From Macrostomum lignano (lineage: Eukaryota): a DNA stretch of 64,000 nucleotides. Below are positions 48,416-58,994 of this stretch, one piece after another; within the stretch, counting starts at the first letter, position 1, and every line of letters begins with the position of its first letter. The stretch spans positions 101,109 to 165,108 of the forward strand of contig NIVC01002522.1 in assembly GCA_002269645.1 (NCBI GenBank). The letters run 5' to 3'. Both the position numbers and the translations under genes were made by a program. The notes under the pieces are model-generated. The model saw only the letters and a program-made list of their open reading frames with translations, made no database searches and was not told the origin of the DNA.

Positions 48416-48811
48416 ATGGCAGCCAAGCAAAAACTGAGCATTGCGCAGCTTCTGCTGCTATTCCTGACTGTCGCTGCTGCTGTCCATGCCGCTTCGGCCC
48501 ATCCTTGCCGCGGCAGAAGCCCCGTCGAAGACCCCGACGAGACAGACTTGAAGCATCCTGCCAACAAAGGTAAGCTGAATCCACTTTCTCACACTATCAG
48601 TTCATTAATGCAGCCAGTAAGCAGCTTATTAATGAACTCCAACCCGGTTGAATATCCCGCAGACTCCGACGTCGAGGCCGGAGACGAACTGGTGAAGAAG
48701 CGCTCCTACATTCCACTGTTCAACTATCTGAAGTTTGCCCTCAAGCACGAGCGATCTGGCCGCTCGCCGGACCCGCCCCGGCGCTGGCACTGGCTCTGGC
48801 AGAGGCGTTAA
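48416..48811 (+). CDS. Small secreted prohormone/neuropeptide-precursor-like protein, probably 2 exons (48416-48569, 48663-48811), about 100 aa
   Basis: Hydrophobic signal peptide (LLLLFLTVAAAVHA), acidic spacer, KKR and RR cleavage sites, GR amidation-like site, TATA box, candidate 93-nt GT-AG intron. Confidence 0.7.
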   Translation: MAAKQKLSIAQLLLLFLTVAAAVHAASAHPCRGRSPVEDPDETDLKHPANKGKLNPLSHTISSLMQPVSSLLMNSNPVEYPADSDVEAGDELVKKRSYIPLFNYLKFALKHERSGRSPDPPRRWHWLWQRR

Positions 48812-49705
48812 TTCAGCAACATCTGCCAGCAAATTCAGCAAATTCAGCGTTAATTTAGCATGAAGCAACAACAACATCTACTGATGAAAAAAAATAAACG
48901 CAAACCTTTAATATTACTGGCTGCGCGCTCAATTTCAACTGAGGATTTTGCTGCCTCTGTAGTCGCGCAAGGACAACAACCTATTAGAATAAATATACTA
49001 CGAGCTAATATGCTAAATCTTCATGTCATAAGCTTGAAAACATTGCATTGCTTTTCTCTTATTCATTTGACTGCTAAGGTTACTTAATATAGCTTTTTGC
49101 AAGCCATTTGATATTATGAGCAAGCAATTTAATAATCAGTGAGAAAACCTAGTGCTAAAAGATAGATTTTTCAGTACTTTATGGTCCAAACCATGGGCTT
49201 TGGAGCATCCAATTTAATAATCCGAGCACTCATTTAGTCATTTCCAGTGTCACTAATATCGCATTTGAACACTGTATTAGGGGAGACAGCAATAATGCAC
49301 AAACAGTTTGAAAAGGAAAACAGAGCAACTGAATCTACAGCTAATATGGCAGAAAATTAGCAAACGCAGGTCTCAAGCAGGCCAGTGAAATGTCATTTAA
49401 AATAGCTAAGTATCAGTAATGGGTTTTAGAATTGCTTCACCTGTGATGCAGCGGGAACGAAGCGAAGCATAGTGGCTAAATCTCATCCACAGTTTTGCCT
49501 ATACAGTTTTGCAGCTTCACCTTCATCCATCATGAAATGTGGACAGTGCTGTCACCCCTTTCAATTGCACTCACAATCAGCTTGTACTTTTCGTTGCACA
49601 TTCTTCTATCATGTTGAATGCGCGCATCTATTTGCAGCAAATGCGAAACCGTTCCTTCTCGTTCACTCGTGCGTGAAGGACATCGTGCACTGCATTTCTC
49701 AAGTA

Positions 49706-49872
49706 TGGATGCTTCAGTGCTTGAGTCGGATGCTTCATTGCCTGAGTCGGATGCTTCAGTGCTTGAGTCGGATGCTTCAGTGCTTGAGTCGGATGCTTCA
49801 TTGCCTGAGTCGGATGCTTCATTGCCTGAGTCGGATGCTTCAGTGCTTGAGTCGGATGCACCAGTGTCTGAG
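49706..49872. repeat. 21-bp minisatellite, about 8 copies
   Basis: Unit GAGTCGGATGCTTCAGTGCTT. Confidence 0.92.
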
Positions 49873-50153
49873 TTGGATCAGTGGCTCAGTATTTCGGCAT
49901 AATCCTCACGTGGCTATGTAAAATAATTTCTGTGGCGTAAGAAAAGAAAATTGTCGTTCTTTTGGTAATTTTAATGAGCATTTGTAGCTCAATCCACTGA
50001 TTGCTGCGGCCGGGGCCCCCTATATAGCTCAATATAGCTAATATTACATTCCTTGATTTCGTACATAGAAAAAAATTTAGGTAGCGTTATTTTGGGATTT
50101 CTTACCGGTAGGAGTACTGAATTTCATGGCTTTAGGAGACCTTCGGTCCAACT

Positions 50154-50382
50154 CAAGCATCCGACTCAGGCACTGATGCATCCGAATCAGACACTAGTGC
50201 ATCCGACTCAGGCACTGATGCATCCGAATCAGACACTAGTGCATCCGAATCAGGCACTGATGCATCCGAATCAGACACTAGTGTATCCGAATCAGGCACT
50301 GATGCATCCGAATCAGACACTAGTGTATCCGAATCAGACACTGATGCATCCAACTCAAGCACTGAAGCATCCGACTCAGACA
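50154..50382. repeat. 21-bp minisatellite of the same family in inverted orientation, about 11 copies
   Basis: Unit CATCCGA(A/C)TCAG(A/G)CACT(A/G)(G/A)TG, the reverse complement of the 49706 unit with variants. Confidence 0.9.
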
Positions 50383-50507
50383 TAAAGGCACTGAGGCACA
50401 GATTTTGCCCCATTCCTTTCGGTACGAATATGGTACTAAAAAAGTGGAAAATAATATAAAAATTAAATAGATACGCCACAGATAACTAGAGGATAAATAC
50501 GAGCGTA

Positions 50508-50863
50508 GGGGGGCCGTAGCCCAACGGTAGCGCAGCTGCTCTGGTGTGCCAGCGACCCAGGCTCGATTCCAAGTGCAGTCACATTAATTTGGGGCTGAAT
50601 TGGAATCTCGGCTTGGCTCTGCTCGTGCAATTAACGGCCTTGAGAGCCAACCCCCAAGGCACAGTGAAGTGTACATGCCTAACGATAATATAAAGTTAGG
50701 GCCGCTGTACACTCCTGTGTGAGTGTGTGCCTGCGTACGTATCCGCGCGCTTGTATGCCTGCTCAGGGAGTCGGCGGAATGGGCAGTAATGCCTCTCGCC
50801 GGTTGTGTGCCTATGTCGCTTAAAGTGCGCCAGGGTGCACACAACCCCCCTGCCTCTAATAAT
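50508..50863 (+). mobile_element. tRNA-derived SINE, apparently full length (about 355 bp)
   Basis: A-box TAGCCCAACGG and B-box-like GGCTCGATTCC; short TAATAAT tail; 11-bp TSD ATACGAGCGTA at 50497-50507 and 50864-50874. Confidence 0.85.
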
Positions 50864-50919
50864 ATACGAGCGTACACCCACAATTTTTTTCTACTTACAG
50901 TCTTAAGTGCAGACGCATC

Positions 50920-53330
50920 TCACATTGTTGAACCTGACAGCTTAGCAATTTTGCGCTTCTGTCGCCCAGAATTCGACTGCTTTGTGTTGGTCATCTCCTT
51001 GACGAATTTCTTCGCAAAGAAGTGGAAAAGCCGACGAACGATGTGGCTCCGCAGATCGTGGCCGGATGTGCACATGCTGATGCCAAACACCAGGTGCATG
51101 TGCTCCTCGTTGAAAGTGCAGCGATCAATGATCTTGCTGAACAGGGAGCGCTGGCAAGACGATCGCAAAAACTGCTTCTTAAGATTACAGTCGGCCCAAA
51201 TCTCCTGAAAGACTTTCCAACAATGAGCTGCCAGATTAAAAACAAAGTCCGATGGCTTCACCAGGCCGCCCCTGTCAATGCTGTCCTGGAACGTAGATGA
51301 ACACAAGCTGGAATCGTCAGTCGCCGATTGAACGTTTTCAAAGTCAGTGAGAAATTCAGAGCAAGATTTGCACCTCGTAGATCAAATAGTTGATCGAGCG
51401 GCATAACCACTTACGAAAAAAGATGATGTTTTTTCATTAACTGATGGCTCATGATCAAGCTTCAGTGCAGCTGCAATGGCATCGGCGGTCGAATTCAGCT
51501 CGGACAGCGCTTTCTATATCTGTCAGGCTGATGTTTGAGTACTTAAAGAGGGAGACGGCCCGAATTTTTTTATCGCTTTCTAAAATCTGCCGCATCGATA
51601 CATAATAGTTTGCACCAGAGAGTTGACGCAACCACCCGAATCTAGACTCCAGGGCGTCGGATTGGAGATGACCAAGAAGTACGAAGTTGAACCCGGCGTG
51701 ATCGAGCAGATATGAAGCACAATCGGAACGAGACAAACACGCTTGGCGTAAAGCTAGAAATGTTTCTTTTGACAGTCCCAAGCGACCATTGGCTTCCCAG
51801 CGTTGAAGGAAATCCGCGAATTTTCTCAGATGTTTCAGCTTCCAATCTTGCGTTGATGTAATAGGATCCATGGCGCAATCACGCTGGGAAGTTGGAATCA
51901 ATGCTTCCCTTTTGTAGATGATTTCACGTTAAAAATTTTCCACAACTCTAAAATCATAGAAATGAAAAGCGCAGTTTCATGCACGTTCGATATTCTTTGG
52001 ATTAAGAACAGAAGGCGATAACTTATGAGCTTTTTTGAGTGGAGCGGACGCTTCTAACTGATATAGTTGCGTGATGTGATGAAAACTGGCTCGGCAACCA
52101 TTCGGTAAATCTGGTTCAAAACTTGGGCAATGAAGCTTTGCGCGTTTGAAAATTGTTGTATACATTTTTTAAGTCGTGCACGGGATCAAAAATTAGAAAT
52201 ATTGGCTGTTCCGTAATGGAGTCGTAAATTTTTGTCGTCAGATTTCCACCCCAAAGGCTGTTCACAAAAAATTTTCTGTTAACAGACGCATTATCTACGG
52301 AAATTCCTATGCATTCCAAACCAACTTTTCGAACAGTTTTCATGACGTCATTGTAACAAAGATACTGCTTCTCAGCTGTCAGAGTAGCGACTGGGAAAAT
52401 AGCAACCAGGTCTTTGAATTTATTGACTAATGATTTAACCATGAAACAGAGCAGAGTTGATGCCACTGACCCTTCGGCTGTCAGCCCATGCACTTCACCA
52501 TTGCTATATTCGACGCGCTTTGCAATATCATCAATGATAAGTAGACATTTCCTTTCGAAGGCATTTAGCTTTGAGACACGAAGACTAAGATACGCAGTGT
52601 TGTCTAACCCAGTGTTGCTTTGAACCTGTCATGCGACCTTCTGAAGTGTCTTAATTGATGGTAGGCACAAAACATTCTCTTGAAGTAAAACTTTGTAGGC
52701 AGCGGAACTGGATGCGTGAATTAGATATGCAAATATTATTAGCTCGGGTGAATAGTTTCTGCTGTATTTCTTCTTCGCAGCTAGCCTTGGTAGGATTGAA
52801 AAACATTTCTCAATAGGAGGGGTCCGAGGACAAAATGAGAGGAAAACGCGTTTGTTTCTTAGGCCACCTCTGGTACAGCCAGCTGCCTTTTTCAACACAG
52901 CCTTCCCGTCCAGTTTATTATCTAGAAGTCCTTGGTTAGAGTCAGATACCTGCCTCAAACTGACGTAGCAATTTTCTTCAGTGTCAAAGTTCCCGTCTTT
53001 ACTGATTGTGTATCATCCCTTCTCTCTCTTATCTCTCCTCTACTTTTTCTCTCTCCATCTCCTTACCTTTTCCCTCTCCCCCTTTCGCCCCATTTCTGCG
53101 CGCTATCCAGATATTCATAATAATATTGTAATATTAGTAGTATTATTCATAATATCGCAATCGGCAAGGCCGTCTGTCCTTATGCTTTTCATTATTTCAT
53201 TAAATTAATAAAACTATCGCAGTCTATCTCTGCAGTGGAAAACAGTGAAAGTTTTTTCGCTGATGCAGCACTCGATCGATTAGCCGTGTTTGAAGAACCG
53301 TAGGCGACAGCAGCAGCTGGAGAGGCGTGA
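50920..53330 (-). pseudogene. Decayed THAP-domain P-element (THAP9-like) transposase
   Basis: Fragments in several frames: THAP-like VAYGSSN...HCFP (about 53330-53230), YSPELIIFA...LCLPSIKTL, CLLIIDD..KRVEY, SVDNASVN, DPVHDLKNVYNN, LQSDALESRFGWLRQLSG, DRGGLVKPS; multiple frameshifts and stops. Confidence 0.85.
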
Positions 53331-53645
53331 AAAGCTTGAAAAGCGCCCAGCCCACTCTGGCAATTAAATAGTAAAGACTAAATTGAAAATTGCCGCACCT
53401 GCAGCTCGGCAGAATCAAATTCTAGCCAATTTCAACTCTATTCGAAATTATTCACTAAGAACTGCAATTATTACTTTGTAATTGGTAATTACTTGCAGTG
53501 GCTACTGCAATTGTATTTTAATTTTTTATTCAATTTTTATTCAACGATAGTAAGTCGCAATTTCTGGAAACAATATTCCATATTTTACGTCGAAAATTTC
53601 AAGCCAAGTCTGCAGCAGCGGACTTGTTGCAGGCCTCATGAAGGC

Positions 53646-56600
53646 TCAGGTTGGCTTGCCGAATTTCAGGTACCTCTGGGCGTCCGTAGGTTCGCTGATC
53701 ATCGCCCCTACAGCTCCGGTGTGACCCGTGATGAGGTAGTGGACATTCAGTGATTGCTGCGGGTGAGCAACGGCTCCGTGGGGTGTGCGGCATCCACCAA
53801 GTCCTCTCCTGGCCCCATCTCCCGACACCCACCTCAGCCCTCTCCTGGCCCCACCTCCCCGACACCCACCTCAGCCCTCTCTGGCCCCACCTCCCCGACA
53901 TCCACCTCAGCCCTCCTCTGGCCCCACCTCCCCGACATCACCTCAGCCCTCTCCTGGCCTCACTTTCCCGTCACCCTCCCAGTCCTCTCCTGGCCCCACC
54001 TCGCCGACACCCACCCCAGTCATTTTCTGGCCTCACCTCCCCGACACCTTTCCCAGTCCTCTCCTGGCCCCACCTCCTCGACACCCACCCAGTCCTCTCC
54101 TGGCCAGCATGCAGACCCCAACTCCCAGACACCCATCTCAATCCTGGCCAGCACACAGAACCCACCATCTGAAAGAAGTGCTGCTGCCTAAGCATCTCCT
54201 GCCGCATGAACGGATCCCGAAAGAAGTTGCCGCCCAAGAAGATGCTGCGAGTGTCGGTCATCTTGGCGGATGTTGACAGCAGGTTGATCAGGTTGGTGAC
54301 GAAAGCTGCAACCATGGAAGCGGCGAGATCCTCCTTGCTGCACTTGTTTCCTGCGATTCGGGGCGTTTAAGCAAAGTTGATGAAGCCACCAGAAAAGTTT
54401 AACTACATAATTGTAAAACTATTTGGAAGAGTAGCTGAATACCCTGGGTGAGTGTTGGCCTGCGTACCTATTCGCGTACCTGTTGGTGCTCAGGAATCAG
54501 AAGAATTGGCATGACCATCTTGGCATGACCATCTAAACAACTAGCGTGTAAATTGGGGGCAGTGTTTGATTACTTCCAGTCATCTGATTGCATTTCTTAG
54601 AAGTCCCTGCTATAACTAGTTCCGAAAAGCAAGATCCTAAACCTAGACTCGCGAACAAAGACTCGCGAATTAAGACTCCCAAACAAAAACTCTCGAATAA
54701 GGACTCGCGAACAAAGACTCCCGAAAAAGACTCTTGAACAAAGACTCTCGAGCAAAGACACTCAAGCAAAAAACTCTTGTATATGGACTCACAAACAAAG
54801 ACTCACAAATAAATACTCTAAAACAAAGACTCGTAAATAGACTCCACAACAAAGACTCAAGAACAAAGCCTCTCGAGCAGACTCTCGAATAAGGACTATT
54901 AAGCAAATACCTCAAACAGACTCTCGAACAAAGACTCTCGAACAAAGAGACTCTAAAACAAAGACTCATGCGCTCGCTCACTCTCCAGCTCCAGGTCCAC
55001 AGCTTTGCCAAACGGGAAGATCGGCAGGCTGGCGGGCATCCGGCCGTAGGGCCCGTCCACCCCGGTCTGCACCAGGTCTCTGCCCTCGTTGTCGATGTTG
55101 CCACGGCGACCGCGCTCGGCCAGCCGCATTATCTCGTCGTAGCTGCTGGTGCCCAGCAGCATCTTGCCGAAGCCGAGGAACGACTTGCCGGCCATCCAGA
55201 GACTCGTGACCAGGTAGGATTCGCCGTTCTCTTTCAGCTGGGATTTCAGTTGTGGGAAGGGAATTTCACCGCAAAATTACAACGATATTTGACATAAGCG
55301 CGAACAGGCAGACGCGCGCAGAAAATTTTGACGGCAGTCACCTCACAGATAATTCGACGACTTGCGGTACAGAAATCCTTGATACCAAAAAGGCACGAGC
55401 CTCCTCTGTTGCCCTCGACTGGCTCCCTTCTTAAACTATTCAGATGAGTGACATCGGATAAGAGTAGTGGGCTTTTATACGATAAACAGGCATATGCACT
55501 AACAGCCACACACAATCCCTCTTCGTGGTTGCAGTTATTCATCTTAAATTTAGGACCACAAATGATTTACGAGTTTGTGTACATCACCTGACTGACTAGC
55601 GCCCCTCTTTATCTAGCCTCATATGTCCGTAGCGTCCCAAAATAAGGAACCTAAACTAAGTGGCATTCAGCTTGAAAAAAGTAAGTGCTAATTTAGCATC
55701 CGGGGCTCCAAATTAAGGATGCCAAAATGAAAGTTGATAAGGCAAGACCAGATTCATCAGAATGCATGGCAACTGTTCCCGAGCCCTGCCAGCCCGCTCA
55801 CAAAGATGACGCCACCGGCGGAACCAATGAAACAGAATAGGCAGGGCAGGGAGGGGGTCGCGCTGGCAACATCCTCGCTGCTCAGCTGAAACTGCTGGTT
55901 CATGTTGGCCTGCAGCGGGTTCTCAGCCCTGCCAGTGATTTGGCCGAGGTCGGCCTCCGTCTCCGGATAGCAGAGCTCCTCAATGGGCAGGTTCTTGATC
56001 AGCCAGTGGGCGCCGCGAGTCTGCGACAGGAACTCGTCGATGAATTCCAACCTGAGAGCAGGCAGACAGGGGAGCACAAACAGTTTCATCTCACCGTCCT
56101 GTTCTCGCTTCAAAAGTTGGTCTTCAAGATTTTTTTATCGTTGTGAAAGCCAGTTCTGCTATTTTGTTTTTGAAAGTAATAATTGTCCGCGTACTACTTC
56201 TATGCTACTCATCTGCTAGTCAGTAGTATTGTGTGAAAGCAGTATTACTATCTAATTGTTCCTGTAAGATTTAAATTAAGAATTCAGTTGAAGCCAGGAT
56301 AATTTTATCCTGGATTAATAATTAAAGACGGTGAACCGTGCAAGAACCGACTGATAAGACTGATATCCCATTACCTGATTGGCTACTAAAGCTACGCTTG
56401 TATTTATTAGTTGAGAATCCCAGTTTTACCTATTGTTTGCAACTAATTTTTCGATACCGTCATTTGACGGGCAGCAATTCGACTGCCAGTAATAGCAACC
56501 AGAATAGCAAATCCTTCAATGAAGTTCTGCTAGCCAACGACCCGAGGTACAACCAACCGTGATTTAATGGCTGTGGGAGGAGAGACACAACCAACCGAGA

Positions 56601-57406
56601 GGGTGGGGTGGGTGTTTTAATGGCTGTGAGAGGAGAGACATAACCAACCGAGAGAGTGGGGTGGGTGTTTTAATGGCTGTGGAAGGAGAGACATAACCAA
56701 CCGAGAGGGTGGGGTGGGTGTTTTAATGGCTGTGAGAGGAGAGACATAACCAACCGAGAGGGTGGGTGGGTGTTTTAATGGCTGTGAGAGGAGAGGCAAA
56801 ACCAACCGAGAGAGTGGGGTGGGTGTTTTAATGGCTGTGGGAGGAGAGACATAACCAACCGAGAAGGTAGGGTGGGTGTTTTAATGGCTGTGGGAGGAGA
56901 GACATAACCAACCGAGAAGGTAGGGTGGGTGTTTCAATGTCAACCGCTGATTAGCAGCCCCAATAATTCTTACTCCAGTCCCAATTTCTCCTGAATTAGC
57001 TCTCGATATCTGTCGCATCCGACGCCAGTCACGTGCAGTTTGCCACCCTCTCCCCGCTGCAGGATGGCCTTGCTAGCCAGATAGTCTAGTCCGGCCTCAA
57101 AGTGCGTGTTGTTGAAGAGTGCAAGGTGTAGTTTGAAAGTGTCGTCAGAGTTTCCGGCAGTGACGAAGAGGACCTTGGTGAGGGAACAGCCTGCATGCAA
57201 CAAGGTGGGTCGGACGGTTAATGCATATAATATAATGGATTCCTAAACCCAGCCAGTATACCGTAAAAGTAAAATAGTGGCTAATAATTGAATTAATCGA
57301 GCCTGAGCCGCTTGCCTCTGTCGATGCCAGCCATGACGGTGACATTTTCCATCGCAGATTTCTGCAACGTCACAATCTTCTCTTCAATGAGAAAGTTGTC
57401 CGCCAT
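53646..57406 (-). CDS. PANK: Divergent type II pantothenate kinase-like protein, 6 exons, about 369 aa
   Basis: Exons 57406-57316, 57190-56974, 56051-55802, 55237-54982, 54350-54166, 53756-53646 join in frame (intron 1 is GC-AG). Motifs GIDRGCSLTK, VTGVG, DEF, LAERG...D..GRDL, FGK, SKEDLA, GGNF, GAVGAM. Confidence 0.85.
53808..54110. repeat. C-rich minisatellite of about 37 bp in PanK intron 5
   Basis: Unit ACCTCAGCCCTCTCCTGGCCCCACCTCCCCGACACCC, about 8 degenerating copies. Confidence 0.9.
54655..54968. repeat. Degenerate AAAGACTC-based tandem repeat in PanK intron 4
   Basis: AAGACTC(T/G)CGAAC units of variable length. Confidence 0.8.
56563..56935. repeat. 53-bp G-rich minisatellite in PanK intron 2, about 7 copies
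   Basis: TGGCTGT recurs at 56621, 56674, 56727; each unit contains GGGTGGGGTGGG or a variant. Confidence 0.95.
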
Positions 57407-57936
57407 GGCTTGTCTCTGTGGGCTCTGTTGACTACTTTGTTGAATAAATTTTGAGTTAGAATGAGAGGCGAGTGGCACCACAGGCTCTGTACCTTATAGG
57501 GTTCAGCTTGGCAACCTTATCAGCTACCTTTACTGACTGATCAGCCATGAAACTGGCTAGATAAGGCTGTGATTTCTACTGCCATTTTCATAGCCTACAG
57601 AGAAAAAGTGAAGAAAGGTGAACTGGTCGAGAGCCAGATAAAAGGCTGCCATGTGGACTAACAATTTAGTCTGTTTCATGCAAATTGGGGCCAAGCGGAA
57701 TGGCTAAATTATGCACTATAGTTAAGGGCACAGTGAGTTATCTGTGTAGCTGAGATTTGGAACTTGCGATACACTAATTTTGCAAGAGGGTAACCCTAGA
57801 ATCTTTGGATCAAATCGGGAGGAAAATCCCCATAATCGAAACAGTTATTTTTAAGAAGATACAGTGCAGACAACCATGGATTTGAGAGGTTAGTAGTAAA
57901 ATGAAAACCACAGGATCTGGGAGAGAGGGACAGTAA

Positions 57937-58563
57937 ATAACAGAATCAGGGAGACAGTGACAGTAAGTTACAGAATCAGGGAGACAGTGACAGTAAGTTA
58001 CAGAATCAGGGAGACAGTGACAGTAAGTTACAGAATCAGGGAGACAGTGACAGTAAGTTACAGAATCAGGGAGACAGTGACAGTAAGTTACAGAATCAGG
58101 GAGACAGTGACAGTAAGTTACAGAATCAGGGAGACAGTGACAGTAAGTTACAGAATCAGGGAGACAGTGACAGTAAGTTACAGAATCAGGGAGACAGTGA
58201 CAGTAAGTTACAGAATCAGGGAGACAGTGACAGTAAGTTACAGAATCAGGGAGACAGTGACAGTAAGTTACAGAATCAGGGAGACAGTGACAGTAAGTTA
58301 CAGAATCAGGGAGACAGTGACAGTAAGTTACAGAATCAGGGAGACAGTGACAGTAAGTTACAGAATCAGGGAGACAGTGACAGTAAGTTACGGAATCAGG
58401 GAGACAGTGACAGTAAGTTACAGAATCAGGGAGACGGTGACAGAAAGTTACAGAATCAGGGAGGGTGGCAGTAAGTTACGGAATCAGGGAGACAGTGACA
58501 GTAAGTTACAGAATCAGGGAGACAGTGACAGTAAGTTACAGAATCAGGGAGAGGATGACAGTA
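57937..58563. repeat. 30-bp minisatellite, about 21 copies, between the divergent PanK and GluR genes
   Basis: Unit CAGAATCAGGGAGACAGTGACAGTAAGTTA. Confidence 0.97.
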
Positions 58564-58994
58564 AACTACATGATTTAAGAGAGGCTGGACAGCATTTCAA
58601 AACATTTGCTTGAGCACATAAAAATCCGAATCAGCTCGTTGAATGTCAGGTTTACAACCCGAGTTGAGTGTCCGGAAGCGGCGGCTTGCTTTTGCAACTG
58701 CACTGAGACTCTGAGAAACACTGTATACCCAATTTTTAATGACTTCTCCTTTAAGGGATAAAAATTGCGTGCCAAATGGGCGCAAAATCTCTCCCCTTAC
58801 TCGTTCTATTGGATGACTCAAGCGCCCTGGCAACACTCTCGGGGATCAGGGAGGCAAAAAGAGGCCCGGAGGCGACAGGAAACTGGCTTTAAACCAAGAA
58901 AATGCTCAAAATGTTGTCCCAACCTCAGTTGGTGAGCTCATATTCTCCATTGAGGTTCCCAGTTCCCCAGATTTCAACAGAAGTTTTTCACCCG

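Noticed and set aside
48784-48801. WHWL resemblance to the yeast alpha-factor N-terminus
   Set aside because: A four-residue match with no other similarity; treated as coincidence.
50510-50582. Functional tRNA gene
   Set aside because: Has A/B boxes but no clean acceptor or anticodon stem; it continues into a SINE body flanked by a TSD.
57957-58613. 218-aa TVSYRIRETV repeat ORF
   Set aside because: Translation of the 30-bp VNTR.
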